Positions 20,500 through 33,400 of a DNA stretch of 64,000 nucleotides are shown in pieces. Each line of letters begins with the position of its first letter. The stretch's first letter is position 1. Under the pieces are notes generated by a model. The model worked only from the letters and a program-made list of their open reading frames with translations, ran no database searches and was not told the origin of the DNA. Both the position numbers and the translations under genes were made by a program. This DNA is from the human T2T-CHM13v2.0 reference genome, Homo sapiens. The DNA lies in NCBI RefSeq assembly GCF_009914755.1, contig NC_060946.1; one strand, written 5' to 3'.

Positions 20500-23400
20500 T
20501 CACCGGTAGTGTGGCCCGCAGGGACGCCGACCTGCTGGAGCGTCGTGCCAGCATGGGCTGTGGCAACCACGTGGGCCAGCAGGAGGTTCCCGCTGCACAG
20601 CTGTGGGGTGAGGATAGACTGGGTGGTGATATCGGCCATTACAGGGGCCTCTTCTGCTGGCAAGAGTGTGACAGTAGCAAGTAGATGGACAGGCCTGCGT
20701 GTGAGGACGGAATGCAGGAGGGGTTCTTGTGCGCCTGGGTGTGGGGCCCTCACGGGAACCGTGGAGAAATGGCCAGGTAACTGCGTCATGTGGGCTAGTA
20801 GATTGGCCAGGGCTTCGAACTGAAGGACGATAATGGGGAGTAGCTGTCAGGCCCTGGGAGTGCCTGAGTGTAAGTGGAGATGGGTTTGGGGTCACTGAGG
20901 GATGCGTGGGAGCCATCCCTGTATAGGTACAGGTCATAGGGAGATAGTCTCGTGAGGCCTGTGAGTGTCTAGGGTTGTCCTGGGTGCCTGGGGCTGACTG
21001 TGGCAGAAATCTGGGGAAGGCTGGAGAGAAGCTGGGAGACCCAGGAGAGTCCCTGAAGGCAGGGGGTGAAGAGGTGAAAGAAATGGGGGAGGGTTGCAGT
21101 AAGGTCCGTGAGTTTGTAGGTGATTCCTGGGTGCGGGAAGCTGACTCCAGGTGAAATCTGGAGATGGTTGGAGAGTAGCTGAGAGAGACAGAAGAGTCCC
21201 TGAGGGCTGGGGGTGAGAACATGAGGGAGACGGGGGAGTAAGTCAGTGAAATTCGTGAGTTCGGTGGTGTATCGTGGGTGCCTGGAACTGACTCCAGCTG
21301 GAATCTAGAGAAGTTTTGAGAGTAGCTGAAGGAGACACAAGAGTCCCTGTGGGCTGAGGGCAAAGACCTGAGACAGACCAGGGAGGACCTCAGTGAAGTC
21401 TGTGAGTCTGTAGGTGATTCCGGAGTGTGGGAGGCTGACTCCCGCTGAAATCTGGGCGTGGTGGGAGAGTAGCTGGGACAGACAGGAGAGTCCCAGGGGG
21501 CTGGGGGTGACGACGTGAGAGAGACTGGGGAGTAACTCAGTGAAATTGCTGAGTTGGTTGGTGATACCTGGGTGCCTGGAACTGACCCCCGCTGAAATCT
21601 GGGCATGGTTGGAGAGTAGCTGGGACACACAGGAGAGTCCCTGAGGGCTGGGGGTGAAGACATGAGCGAGACCGGGGAGTAACTGAGTGAAACTGGTGAG
21701 TTTGGTGGTGACTCCGGGGTGCCTGGAACTGACTCCAGCTGAAATGTGGGCGTGGTTGGAGAGTAGCTGGGACAGACAGGAGAGTCCCTGAGGACTGGTG
21801 AAGACATGAGAGAGACTGGAGAGTAATTGAGTGAAATTGGTGAGTTTGGTGGTGATTCCTGGGTGCCTGGAACTGACTCCCGCTGAAGTGTGGGCGTGGT
21901 TGGAGAGTAGCTGGGACACACAGGAGAGTCCCTGAGGGTTGGAGATAAAGACGTGCTAGAGACTGAGGAGTAACTGAGTGAAATTGGTGAGTTTGGTGGT
22001 GATTCCGGGGTGCCTGGAACGGACTCCAGCTGAAATGTGGGCGTGGTTGGAGAGTAGCTGGGACAGACGGGAGAGTCCCTGAGGAATGGTGAAGACATGA
22101 GAGAGACTGGGGAGTAACGCAGTGAAATTGGTGAGTTTGGTGGTGATTTCTGGGTGCCTGCAACGGACTCCCGCTGAAGTGTGGGCGTGCTTGGAGAGTA
22201 GCTGGGACAGACAGGCGAGTCCCTGAGGGTTGGAGATAAAGACGTGCTAGAGACTGAGGAGTAACTGAGTGAAATTGGTGAGTTTGGTGGTGATTCCGGG
22301 GTGCCTGGAACGGACTCCAGCTGAAATGTGGGCGTGGTTGGAGAGTAGCTGGGACAGACGGGAGAGTCCCTGAGGGATGGTGAAGACATGAGAGAGACTG
22401 GGGAGTAACGCAGTGAAATTGGTGAGTTTGGTGGTGATTTCTGGGTGCCTGCAACAGACTCCCGCTGAAGTGTGGGCGTGCTTGGAGAGTAGCTGGGACA
22501 GACAGGCGAGTCCCTGAGGGTTGGAGATAAAGACGTGCTGGAGACTGGGGAGTAACTCAGTGAAAGTGGTGGGCTTGGTGGTGATCCCAGGGTTCCTGGA
22601 ACTGACCCGCGCTGAAATGTGGGCGTGGTTGGAGAGTAGCTGGGACAGACTGGAGGGTCCGTAAGGGCTGGGGGTGAAGACGTGAGAGAGACTGGCGAGG
22701 ATCTCACTGAGGTCTGTGAGTTTGTAGGTGTTTCTGGGGTGTGGGGTACAGACTCCCGCTGAAATCTGGGCGTAGTTGGAGAGTAGCTGGGACAGACAGG
22801 AGAGTCATGGGTGGCTGGGGGTGAGCTGCTGGATGATGGCAGTAAGAACATATGGTACATTATTGATGAATGAGGTGACTGTGAAGAATCTCCAGAGGAG
22901 GACACGGGAGAACACAATGACATGAGTGACTGTCCTGCTTGGTTAGGAAAGGGAAACGTAAAGTTGTGGAATTCTGTTGATGATGGATGTGAGAGTGGTG
23001 AAGCCCTGCGGGATGATGTAGAGGACTTCCACATCCCTGGTGAGGAGCTGCCCCTTGGGTCTGAGTTTCTGGGAGGGGAGAGGGAGAAGCTGGGTGAGGC
23101 AGGCATGAATCTTGAGGAGTCAGGGCTGGGGGACCGCTCATATTCTCCCGAGACCTGTGAGTCTCTGGGGGACTCCTGGGTGCATGGGGCTGACTCCCGC
23201 AGGAACCTGGGGATGGCTGGAGAGTAACTGGGAGCCACAGGAGGGTCCCTGAGGCCTGGGGGTGAAGAGATGCAAGACACAGGGGTGGAGCAGCGTGAGG
23301 CTCGTGAGTTTGTAGGTGATTCCTGGGTGTGGGGGGCTGACTCCAGCTGAAATCTGGGGTTGTTTGGAGAGTAGCTGGGAGACACAGGAGAACCCCCGAG

Positions 23401-23772
23401 AGCTGGGGGTGAGCTGCTGGGTGATGGCAGTAAGAACATGTGGTATATTATTGATGAACGTGGGGACTCTGAGGAGTCCTCAGAGGAGGACACAGCAGAG
23501 CCCAATGGCTTCATTGATTGCCCATCACGGTGAGGACAGGGAAATGGGAGCTTGTGGGATTCTGGTGATGACAGAGGTGAGTGTGGTGAAGCCCTAGGGG
23601 ATGGTGAATGGTAGTTCCGGATCCCTGGTGAGGAGCTTCCCCTTAAGCCGGAGTTTCTGAGAGGGGAGAGGGAGAAGCTGGGTGAGGCTCGCATGGACCT
23701 TGGGGTGTCCGTGCTGGGGGACCGTTCATAAGAAGAGCCAGACAAGACCTTACTGTTCTTAGGTGCAGACAT
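20500..23772 (-). CDS. Ser/Pro-rich CTD-like repeat protein, copy 4 (1090 aa, R8K)
   Basis: Intact ORF beginning MSAPKNSKV. Confidence 0.7.
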   Translation of the reverse strand: MSAPKNSKVLSGSSYERSPSTDTPRSMRASPSFSLSPLRNSGLRGSSSPGIRNYHSPSPRASPHSPLSSPESHKLPFPCPHRDGQSMKPLGSAVSSSEDSSESPRSSIIYHMFLLPSPSSSPPALGGSPVSPSYSPNNPRFQLESAPHTQESPTNSRASRCSTPVSCISSPPGLRDPPVAPSYSPAIPRFLRESAPCTQESPRDSQVSGEYERSPSPDSSRFMPASPSFSLSPPRNSDPRGSSSPGMWKSSTSSRRASPLSHPSSTEFHNFTFPFPNQAGQSLMSLCSPVSSSGDSSQSPHSSIMYHMFLLPSSSSSPPATHDSPVCPSYSPTTPRFQRESVPHTPETPTNSQTSVRSSPVSLTSSPPALTDPPVCPSYSPTTPTFQRGSVPGTLGSPPSPPLSLSYSPVSSTSLSPTLRDSPVCPSYSPSTPTLQRESVAGTQKSPPNSPISLRYSPVSLMSSPSLRDSPVCPSYSPTTPTFQLESVPGTPESPPNSPISLSYSSVSSTSLSPTLRDSPVCPSYSPSTPTLQRESVAGTQKSPPNSPISLRYSPVSLMSSPFLRDSPVCPSYSPTTPTFQLESVPGTPESPPNSPISLSYSSVSSTSLSPTLRDSPVCPSYSPTTPTLQRESVPGTQESPPNSPISLNYSPVSLMSSPVLRDSPVCPSYSPTTPTFQLESVPGTPESPPNSPVSLSYSPVSLMSSPPALRDSPVCPSYSPTMPRFQRGSVPGTQVSPTNSAISLSYSPVSLTSSPPAPWDSPVCPSYSPTTPRFQRESASHTPESPTDSQTSLRSSLVCLRSLPSAHRDSCVSFSYSQNFSRFQLESVPGTHDTPPNSRISLTYSPVSLMFSPPALRDSSVSLSYSPTISRFHLESASRTQESPTNSRTLLQPSPISFTSSPPAFRDSPGSPSFSPAFPRFLPQSAPGTQDNPRHSQASRDYLPMTCTYTGMAPTHPSVTPNPSPLTLRHSQGLTATPHYRPSVRSPGQSTSPHDAVTWPFLHGSREGPTPRRTRTPPAFRPHTQACPSTCYCHTLASRRGPCNGRYHHPVYPHPTAVQREPPAGPRGCHSPCWHDAPAGRRPCGPHYR

Positions 23773-23847
23773 GATTAGGAAACCTGCAGCTCCCAGGGGC
23801 CCCCACTAATGTTCTAACTCGCAGAAGGAAGGAGTGTGTGTGCGTGT

Positions 23848-23879
<32 letters not shown>

Positions 23880-24150
23880 TTGTGTGTGTGCGGTGTGAGG
23901 TATGGGCCCCTTAAGGAAATGGAAATCAACCAACCAATGGGACAGACAGACAGACAGACAGACAGAGATTCACTTGCCCAAGTGTTCTGTCCTGTCCTCT
24001 GAATCCGCTTTCAAGTCGCAAGACGCTGTGAGCTCCAAGTCCACGCAGAGTCCGCCAAACGCTCCGGCCGCTGATCCGCTCCGCGAAGATCTGAGTACAG
24101 GCCAGCCAGGGTGGGTTTAAATAGCCTCGGGCGCAGCCTAGCAGCGGAAA

Positions 24151-24159
24151 GGGCGGAGC
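24151..24159 (+). promoter_or_regulatory. Sp1/KLF GC box GGGCGGAGC (intact in copies 4-10)
   Basis: gggcggagc about 60 bp upstream of the predicted TSS; copies 1-3 read gggccgagc. Confidence 0.55.
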
Positions 24160-27100
24160 TTCACTCCTCCTTTCCATCAGTCACCCCCAACTTTCCCAGG
24201 CTACACCTCGTAGGAAACTGTTCTCCTGCTTTGATTTCATGCGCCACCTTTGGGACAATCTAAGAACTTACAGGTTTTCTTGGCCAGATTTATTAGGAAT
24301 TGTATGCACTGAAACACTGAAAACCAACTAGTGGTTCTGTGCTTCCCACGTTGTGGTTTTGACACCAGCAGCATCCTTGCCACAATCAAACCCCGGAGAT
24401 CCGCAGATCTGTGTTGTAACAAGACCTCCCCCTGACCCTGAAGCATGGCAGTTGAAGAAGTCTTTCCGTGTAAGCGAAAAGACTTTGAAGAAAAGGTGGA
24501 GATATGCGTTGTATAAACATTCTTTGGCTCTGGAACCACGTAGAGACTTGGGAGCCAGTTGGGTGGAGCATTCGTTGGATGAGGGTGCTCGGGTTAGGAA
24601 TATCAAGGTGTTTCTCCAGATAATCCAATCATCTAATTAAGATTCCAGTTATGCTCATCTGTTTTAAAATTCCGTTTGGGTAAATTCTTTTAGTCAGACT
24701 GAGAATGGCAAAGCCTCAACCCCAATTTCCAGGGAGGGTGGAGAGCCTCAGGTGGAGTTGATCACCAATAGCCTATGGTTTAACCCATCATGCCTATAGA
24801 ATGAGGTCTCCATCAAAACCCAAAAGGACTGGGTTCAGAGAGCTTCTGGATAACACTTCCTGGAAGGTAGTGCACCCCTCCCCGCATGCCGGGCCCCACA
24901 TTTATTTCTGAACCTTGTGCAATGTCCGCTAAAATACAACGGCAAATGTAAGTGTTTCCCTGCGTGCTGTGAGCTCTTCCAGCAAATGAATGCAACTAAA
25001 TCTGGGAGTGGTGGCAACCTGATTTATAGCCAGTTGCTGAGAAGCACAGGTAAAACAACGTAGGGCTTCCCATTGTTATTGGTGTGGGAGGCCTGTCTGG
25101 CGGGACTCGGCCCTTTGGAATCTAATGCTATGTCCCGGTAGATAGCGTCACCATTGAATTAGAAGACACACATATGTGGAGAATAATCTTTCTGGTCATT
25201 TACTGCATGTCATATTTACAATATGTAATCAAATTCTTTATCCTGACCTTATGGCACCTGGGTTTAGGACCATGATTTGAACCAAACGTTGGTCTGTCAC
25301 TTTCTGAGTTTGAAACTTTATTTTGCCTTTAGCGTTTTGCTATTGCTTTTTCGTTTTCTTTTGTTTCGTTTCGTTTCTAAGTTCTGGGGTATATGTGCAG
25401 GATGTGCAGATTTGTTACTAAGGTAAACGTGTGCCATGGTGGTTTGCTGCACCTGTCAACCCGTCACCTAGGTATTAAGCCCAGCATGCAGTAGCTGTTT
25501 TTCTTAACGCTCTGCCTCCCGAAAGGCCCCAGTGTGTGTTGTTCCCCTTCCTGTGTCCATGGGATCTCACTTTTCAGCTCCCATTATAAGTGAGAAGGTG
25601 GCGTTTGGTTTTCTTTCCCTGGATTAGTTTGCTGACGATAATGACCACACATCACCACTGTTTTTGTTTTTTAGTATAAAGAGTAGTATTTTATTGAATA
25701 AGATTTGCTCACAGAAAAATAAGCTTAAATCTACAATGAATGCCAGACCCTACAGCAGAAAGCAATTTTCTCACTTTTCCACACACAATGGTTCCTACTA
25801 AGTGAAAAAAAAGCCATAAAATTTCATTCACAAATGTACTACTCTGTCTCAAAACATCTCACGTAATCATGCACTGTACTAAAGCCATCAGATCAGTTCT
25901 TCAGTCAGGTTAAAGAAGTATCCCTCTAATAACTGACTTTTATAATGCTATCAATATCCACTCCCAATCAGTCTGCCATTGTTAATGGTGTACAGCATTA
26001 CTGAATACAACGGAATTGATGACGCCCATATCCACAGACAAACCGTGACTTATGATGGTTTGATTTATGATTTTTCAACGTTATGATGGGTTTATTGGAA
26101 TATTAGATTCGTTTCTGAGTTACACTGGGTTTATGAGTATGCGACCCTACACTCCAGAAACAGCTGTATAAGGAAAAACAGGTGTACCTAATAAAAATAT
26201 GCTTAGTGACTTGGGATAAACCAATAGATGTTCACAAGTGATGGAGAGCCGTGAAAGAGAGATAGCGGTAAATAGTTACAATAACACAATTTTCCTGCAC
26301 CTGTCGAGGATTTCCCCCAAAAAACGCAGAATGTGGGATGCACCTAAGGCATATGAAAGAGAGAGGGCAGAAGGAGTAAGAGAGAAATAGGAGGAAGGAA
26401 GGAAGGAAGCAAGGAAGAAAGGAAGGAAGGAAAGAAGGAAGGAAGGACGGAAGGAAGGAAGGAAGGAAGGAAGGAAGGAAGGAAAGAAGGATGAAAGGAA
26501 GGAGAAAACACCGGTGTTACTAAAACCCCCCAAAAAATGGTTTCCCCCTGTGGGTAAGCCTACAATGTGGATGAATCTTGAAAATATTGTGCTACGTGTT
26601 ATGTCAGTCATAGCAGCTCACCTATTGTGCAATTCCGTTTATAGGAAATGTCCACAATATGGAAATCTATGCATATGGGATTGATCGCACTAGGTAGTTG
26701 CTACCTAGGGCTGAGGGTCAGGGAGAGGGTTTGAGACAGAATGAGGAGTGACTAATGTCTACAGGGTCTTTCTCTGGTCGGGGGTGATAAGACGTTTTAC
26801 AATGGATTGCGAATTAAAATTGAATGTGCACAACCACAGGTATACTAAAAGCCACTCAATTCATGACCTTTAATGGGGGAATCTTACGTGGCGTAGTCTC
26901 ATGGAGACCACGGCAGACATAGTGAGAGAGAAAAAGGTGAGTAAATATCTGAAACGGAGGCAGAAACAGAGAGAATGAAAAGCCCTGTGAATGGAAGGGA
27001 GAGCGAAAAGGGAAAATGGTCCTATTTACAAATGACAGATGTGAAACTGGGGTTCACATCAACAGTGTCACTGCCAGGAAGGAGGGTCATGCTAGCCATG

Positions 27101-30100
27101 TCACCGGTAGTGTGGCCCGCAGGGACGCCGACCTGCTGGAGCGTCGTGCCAGCATGGGCTGTGGCAACCACGTGGGCCAGCAGGAGGTTCCCGCTGCACA
27201 GCTGTGGGGTGAGGATAGACTGGGTGGTGATATCGGCCATTACAGGGGCCTCTTCTGCTGGCAAGAGTGTGACAGTAGCAAGTAGATGGACAGGCCTGCG
27301 TGTGAGGACGGAATGCAGGAGGGGTTCTTGTGCGCCTGGGTGTGGGGCCCTCACGGGAACCGTGGAGAAATGGCCAGGTAACTGCGTCATGTGGGCTAGT
27401 AGATTGGCCAGGGCTTCGAACTGAAGGACGATAATGGGGAGTAGCTGTCAGGCCCTGGGAGTGCCTGAGTGTAAGTGGAGATGGGTTTGGGGTCACTGAG
27501 GGATGCGTGGGAGCCATCCCTGTATAGGTACAGGTCATAGGGAGATAGTCTCGTGAGGCCTGTGAGTGTCTAGGGTTGTCCTGGGTGCCTGGGGCTGACT
27601 GTGGCAGAAATCTGGGGAAGGCTGGAGAGAAGCTGGGAGACCCAGGAGAGTCCCTGAAGGCAGGGGGTGAAGAGGTGAAAGAAATGGGGGAGGGTTGCAG
27701 TAAGGTCCGTGAGTTTGTAGGTGATTCCTGGGTGCGGGAAGCTGACTCCAGGTGAAATCTGGAGATGGTTGGAGAGTAGCTGAGAGAGACAGAAGAGTCC
27801 CTGAGGGCTGGGGGTGAGAACATGAGGGAGACGGGGGAGTAAGTCAGTGAAATTCGTGAGTTCGGTGGTGTATCGTGGGTGCCTGGAACTGACTCCAGCT
27901 GGAATCTAGAGAAGTTTTGAGAGTAGCTGAAGGAGACACAAGAGTCCCTGTGGGCTGAGGGCAAAGACCTGAGACAGACCAGGGAGGACCTCAGTGAAGT
28001 CTGTGAGTCTGTAGGTGATTCCGGAGTGTGGGAGGCTGACTCCCGCTGAAATCTGGGCGTGGTGGGAGAGTAGCTGGGACAGACAGGAGAGTCCCAGGGG
28101 GCTGGGGGTGACGACGTGAGAGAGACTGGGGAGTAACTCAGTGAAATTGCTGAGTTGGTTGGTGATACCTGGGTGCCTGGAACTGACCCCCGCTGAAATC
28201 TGGGCATGGTTGGAGAGTAGCTGGGACACACAGGAGAGTCCCTGAGGGCTGGGGGTGAAGACATGAGCGAGACCGGGGAGTAACTGAGTGAAACTGGTGA
28301 GTTTGGTGGTGACTCCGGGGTGCCTGGAACTGACTCCAGCTGAAATGTGGGCGTGGTTGGAGAGTAGCTGGGACAGACAGGAGAGTCCCTGAGGACTGGT
28401 GAAGACATGAGAGAGACTGGAGAGTAATTGAGTGAAATTGGTGAGTTTGGTGGTGATTCCTGGGTGCCTGGAACTGACTCCCGCTGAAGTGTGGGCGTGG
28501 TTGGAGAGTAGCTGGGACACACAGGAGAGTCCCTGAGGGTTGGAGATAAAGACGTGCTAGAGACTGAGGAGTAACTGAGTGAAATTGGTGAGTTTGGTGG
28601 TGATTCCGGGGTGCCTGGAACGGACTCCAGCTGAAATGTGGGCGTGGTTGGAGAGTAGCTGGGACAGACGGGAGAGTCCCTGAGGAATGGTGAAGACATG
28701 AGAGAGACTGGGGAGTAACGCAGTGAAATTGGTGAGTTTGGTGGTGATTTCTGGGTGCCTGCAACGGACTCCCGCTGAAGTGTGGGCGTGCTTGGAGAGT
28801 AGCTGGGACAGACAGGCGAGTCCCTGAGGGTTGGAGATAAAGACGTGCTAGAGACTGAGGAGTAACTGAGTGAAATTGGTGAGTTTGGTGGTGATTCCGG
28901 GGTGCCTGGAACGGACTCCAGCTGAAATGTGGGCGTGGTTGGAGAGTAGCTGGGACAGACGGGAGAGTCCCTGAGGGATGGTGAAGACATGAGAGAGACT
29001 GGGGAGTAACGCAGTGAAATTGGTGAGTTTGGTGGTGATTTCTGGGTGCCTGCAACAGACTCCCGCTGAAGTGTGGGCGTGCTTGGAGAGTAGCTGGGAC
29101 AGACAGGCGAGTCCCTGAGGGTTGGAGATAAAGACGTGCTGGAGACTGGGGAGTAACTCAGTGAAAGTGGTGGGCTTGGTGGTGATCCCAGGGTTCCTGG
29201 AACTGACCCGCGCTGAAATGTGGGCGTGGTTGGAGAGTAGCTGGGACAGACTGGAGGGTCCGTAAGGGCTGGGGGTGAAGACGTGAGAGAGACTGGCGAG
29301 GATCTCACTGAGGTCTGTGAGTTTGTAGGTGTTTCTGGGGTGTGGGGTACAGACTCCCGCTGAAATCTGGGCGTAGTTGGAGAGTAGCTGGGACAGACAG
29401 GAGAGTCATGGGTGGCTGGGGGTGAGCTGCTGGATGATGGCAGTAAGAACATATGGTACATTATTGATGAATGAGGTGACTGTGAAGAATCTCCAGAGGA
29501 GGACACGGGAGAACACAATGACATGAGTGACTGTCCTGCTTGGTTAGGAAAGGGAAACGTAAAGTTGTGGAATTCTGTTGATGATGGATGTGAGAGTGGT
29601 GAAGCCCTGCGGGATGATGTAGAGGACTTCCACATCCCTGGTGAGGAGCTGCCCCTTGGGTCTGAGTTTCTGGGAGGGGAGAGGGAGAAGCTGGGTGAGG
29701 CAGGCATGAATCTTGAGGAGTCAGGGCTGGGGGACCGCTCATATTCTCCCGAGACCTGTGAGTCTCTGGGGGACTCCTGGGTGCATGGGGCTGACTCCCG
29801 CAGGAACCTGGGGTTGGCTGGAGAGTAACTGGGAGCCACAGGAGGGTCCCTGAGGCCTGGGGGTGAAGAGATGCAAGACACAGGGGTGGAGCAGCGTGAG
29901 GCTCGTGAGTTTGTAGGTGATTCCTGGGTGTGGGGGGCTGACTCCAGCTGAAATCTGGGGTTGTTTGGAGAGTAGCTGGGAGACACAGGAGAACCCCCGA
30001 GAGCTGGGGGTGAGCTGCTGGGTGATGGCAGTAAGAACATGTGGTATATTATTGATGAACGTGGGGACTCTGAGGAGTCCTCAGAGGAGGACACGGCAGA

Positions 30101-30373
30101 GCCCAATGGCTTCATTGATTGCCCATCACGGTGAGGACAGGGAAATGGGAGCTTGTGGGATTCTGGTGATGACAGAGGTGAGTGTGGTGAAGCCCTAGGG
30201 GATGGTGAATGGTAGTTCCGGATCCCTGGTGAGGAGCTTCCCCTTAAGCCGGAGTTTCTGAGAGGGGAGAGGGAGAAGCTGGGTGAGGCTCGCATGGACC
30301 TTGGGGTGTCCGTGCTGGGGGACCGTTCATAAGAAGAGCCAGACAAGACCCTACTGTTCTTAGGTGCAGACAT
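27101..30373 (-). CDS. Ser/Pro-rich CTD-like repeat protein, copy 5 (1090 aa)
   Basis: Intact ORF; YSPANPR variant shared by copies 5-8. Confidence 0.7.
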   Translation of the reverse strand: MSAPKNSRVLSGSSYERSPSTDTPRSMRASPSFSLSPLRNSGLRGSSSPGIRNYHSPSPRASPHSPLSSPESHKLPFPCPHRDGQSMKPLGSAVSSSEDSSESPRSSIIYHMFLLPSPSSSPPALGGSPVSPSYSPNNPRFQLESAPHTQESPTNSRASRCSTPVSCISSPPGLRDPPVAPSYSPANPRFLRESAPCTQESPRDSQVSGEYERSPSPDSSRFMPASPSFSLSPPRNSDPRGSSSPGMWKSSTSSRRASPLSHPSSTEFHNFTFPFPNQAGQSLMSLCSPVSSSGDSSQSPHSSIMYHMFLLPSSSSSPPATHDSPVCPSYSPTTPRFQRESVPHTPETPTNSQTSVRSSPVSLTSSPPALTDPPVCPSYSPTTPTFQRGSVPGTLGSPPSPPLSLSYSPVSSTSLSPTLRDSPVCPSYSPSTPTLQRESVAGTQKSPPNSPISLRYSPVSLMSSPSLRDSPVCPSYSPTTPTFQLESVPGTPESPPNSPISLSYSSVSSTSLSPTLRDSPVCPSYSPSTPTLQRESVAGTQKSPPNSPISLRYSPVSLMSSPFLRDSPVCPSYSPTTPTFQLESVPGTPESPPNSPISLSYSSVSSTSLSPTLRDSPVCPSYSPTTPTLQRESVPGTQESPPNSPISLNYSPVSLMSSPVLRDSPVCPSYSPTTPTFQLESVPGTPESPPNSPVSLSYSPVSLMSSPPALRDSPVCPSYSPTMPRFQRGSVPGTQVSPTNSAISLSYSPVSLTSSPPAPWDSPVCPSYSPTTPRFQRESASHTPESPTDSQTSLRSSLVCLRSLPSAHRDSCVSFSYSQNFSRFQLESVPGTHDTPPNSRISLTYSPVSLMFSPPALRDSSVSLSYSPTISRFHLESASRTQESPTNSRTLLQPSPISFTSSPPAFRDSPGSPSFSPAFPRFLPQSAPGTQDNPRHSQASRDYLPMTCTYTGMAPTHPSVTPNPSPLTLRHSQGLTATPHYRPSVRSPGQSTSPHDAVTWPFLHGSREGPTPRRTRTPPAFRPHTQACPSTCYCHTLASRRGPCNGRYHHPVYPHPTAVQREPPAGPRGCHSPCWHDAPAGRRPCGPHYR

Positions 30374-30448
30374 GATTAGGAAACCTGCAGCTCCCAGGGG
30401 CCCCCACTAATGTTCTAACTCGCAGAAGGAAGGAGTGTGTGTGCGTGT

Positions 30449-30480
<32 letters not shown>

Positions 30481-33400
30481 TTGTGTGTGTGCGGTGTGAG
30501 GTATGGGCCCCTTAAGGAAATGGAAATCAACCAACCAATGGGACAGACAGACAGACAGACAGACAGAGATTCACTTGCCCAAGTGTTCTGTCCTGTCCTC
30601 TGAATCCGCTTTCAAGTCGCAAGACGCTGTGAGCTCCAAGTCCACGCAGAGTCCGCCAAACGCTCCGGCCGCTGATCCGCTCCGCGAAGATCTGAGTACA
30701 GGCCAGCCAGGGTGGGTTTAAATAGCCTCGGGCGCAGCCTAGCAGCGGAAAGGGCGGAGCTTCACTCCTCCTTTCCATCAGTCACCCCCAACTTTCCCAG
30801 GCTACACCTCGTAGGAAACTGTTCTCCTGCTTTGATTTCATGCGCCACCTTTGGGACAATCTAAGAACTTACAGGTTTTCTTGGCCAGATTTATTAGGAA
30901 TTGTATGCACTGAAACACTGAAAACCAACTAGTGGTTCTGTGCTTCCCACGTTGTGGTTTTGACACCAGCAGCATCCTTGCCACAATCAAACCCCGGAGA
31001 TCCGCAGATCTGTGTTGTAACAAGACCTCCCCCTGACCCTGAAGCATGGCAGTTGAAGAAGTCTTTCCGTGTAAGCGAAAAGACTTTGAAGAAAAGGTGG
31101 AGATATGCGTTGTATAAACATTCTTTGGCTCTGGAACCACGTAGAGACTTGGGAGCCAGTTGGGTGGAGCATTCGTTGGATGAGGGTGCTCGGGTTAGGA
31201 ATATCAAGGTGTTTCTCCAGATAATCCAATCATCTAATTAAGATTCCAGTTATGCTCATCTGTTTTAAAATTCCGTTTGGGTAAATTCTTTTAGTCAGAC
31301 TGAGAATGGCAAAGCCTCAACCCCAATTTCCAGGGAGGGTGGAGAGCCTCAGGTGGAGTTGATCACCAATAGCCTATGGTTTAACCCATCATGCCTATAG
31401 AATGAGGTCTCCATCAAAACCCAAAAGGACTGGGTTCAGAGAGCTTCTGGATAACACTTCCTGGAAGGTAGTGCACCCCTCCCCGCATGCCGGGCCCCAC
31501 ATTTATTTCTGAACCTTGTGCAATGTCCGCTAAAATACAACGGCAAATGTAAGTGTTTCCCTGCGTGCTGTGAGCTCTTCCAGCAAATGAATGCAACTAA
31601 ATCTGGGAGTGGTGGCAACCTGATTTATAGCCAGTTGCTGAGAAGCACAGGTAAAACAACGTAGGGCTTCCCATTGTTATTGGTGTGGGAGGCCTGTCTG
31701 GCGGGACTCGGCCCTTTGGAATCTAATGCTATGTCCCGGTAGATAGCGTCACCATTGAATTAGAAGACACACATATGTGGAGAATAATCTTTCTGGTCAT
31801 TTACTGCATGTCATATTTACAATATGTAATCAAATTCTTTATCCTGACCTTATGGCACCTGGGTTTAGGACCATGATTTGAACCAAACGTTGGTCTGTCA
31901 CTTTCTGAGTTTGAAACTTTATTTTGCCTTTAGCGTTTTGCTATTGCTTTTTCGTTTTCTTTTGTTTCGTTTCGTTTCTAAGTTCTGGGGTATATGTGCA
32001 GGATGTGCAGATTTGTTACTAAGGTAAACGTGTGCCATGGTGGTTTGCTGCACCTGTCAACCCGTCACCTAGGTATTAAGCCCAGCATGCAGTAGCTGTT
32101 TTTCTTAACGCTCTGCCTCCCGAAAGGCCCCAGTGTGTGTTGTTCCCCTTCCTGTGTCCATGGGATCTCACTTTTCAGCTCCCATTATAAGTGAGAAGGT
32201 GGCGTTTGGTTTTCTTTCCCTGGATTAGTTTGCTGACGATAATGACCACACATCACCACTGTTTTTGTTTTTTAGTATAAAGAGTAGTATTTTATTGAAT
32301 AAGATTTGCTCACAGAAAAATAAGCTTAAATCTACAATGAATGCCAGACCCTACAGCAGAAAGCAATTTTCTCACTTTTCCACACACAATGGTTCCTACT
32401 AAGTGAAAAAAAAGCCATAAAATTTCATTCACAAATGTACTACTCTGTCTCAAAACATCTCACGTAATCATGCACTGTACTAAAGCCATCAGATCAGTTC
32501 TTCAGTCAGGTTAAAGAAGTATCCCTCTAATAACTGACTTTTATAATGCTATCAATATCCACTCCCAATCAGTCTGCCATTGTTAATGGTGTACAGCATT
32601 ACTGAATACAACGGAATTGATGACGCCCATATCCACAGACAAACCGTGACTTATGATGGTTTGATTTATGATTTTTCAACGTTATGATGGGTTTATTGGA
32701 ATATTAGATTCGTTTCTGAGTTACACTGGGTTTATGAGTATGCGACCCTACACTCCAGAAACAGCTGTATAAGGAAAAACAGGTGTACCTAATAAAAATA
32801 TGCTTAGTGACTTGGGATAAACCAATAGATGTTCACAAGTGATGGAGAGCCGTGAAAGAGAGATAGCGGTAAATAGTTACAATAACACAATTTTCCTGCA
32901 CCTGTCGAGGATTTCCCCCAAAAAACGCAGAATGTGGGATGCACCTAAGGCATATGAAAGAGAGAGGGCAGAAGGAGTAAGAGAGAAATAGGAGGAAGGA
33001 AGGAAGGAAGCAAGGAAGAAAGGAAGGAAGGAAAGAAGGAAGGAAGGACGGAAGGAAGGAAGGAAGGAAGGAAGGAAGGAAGGAAAGAAGGATGAAAGGA
33101 AGGAGAAAACACCGGTGTTACTAAAACCCCCCAAAAAATGGTTTCCCCCTGTGGGTAAGCCTACAATGTGGATGAATCTTGAAAATATTGTGCTACGTGT
33201 TATGTCAGTCATAGCAGCTCACCTATTGTGCAATTCCGTTTATAGGAAATGTCCACAATATGGAAATCTATGCATATGGGATTGATCGCACTAGGTAGTT
33301 GCTACCTAGGGCTGAGGGTCAGGGAGAGGGTTTGAGACAGAATGAGGAGTGACTAATGTCTACAGGGTCTTTCTCTGGTCGGGGGTGATAAGACGTTTTA

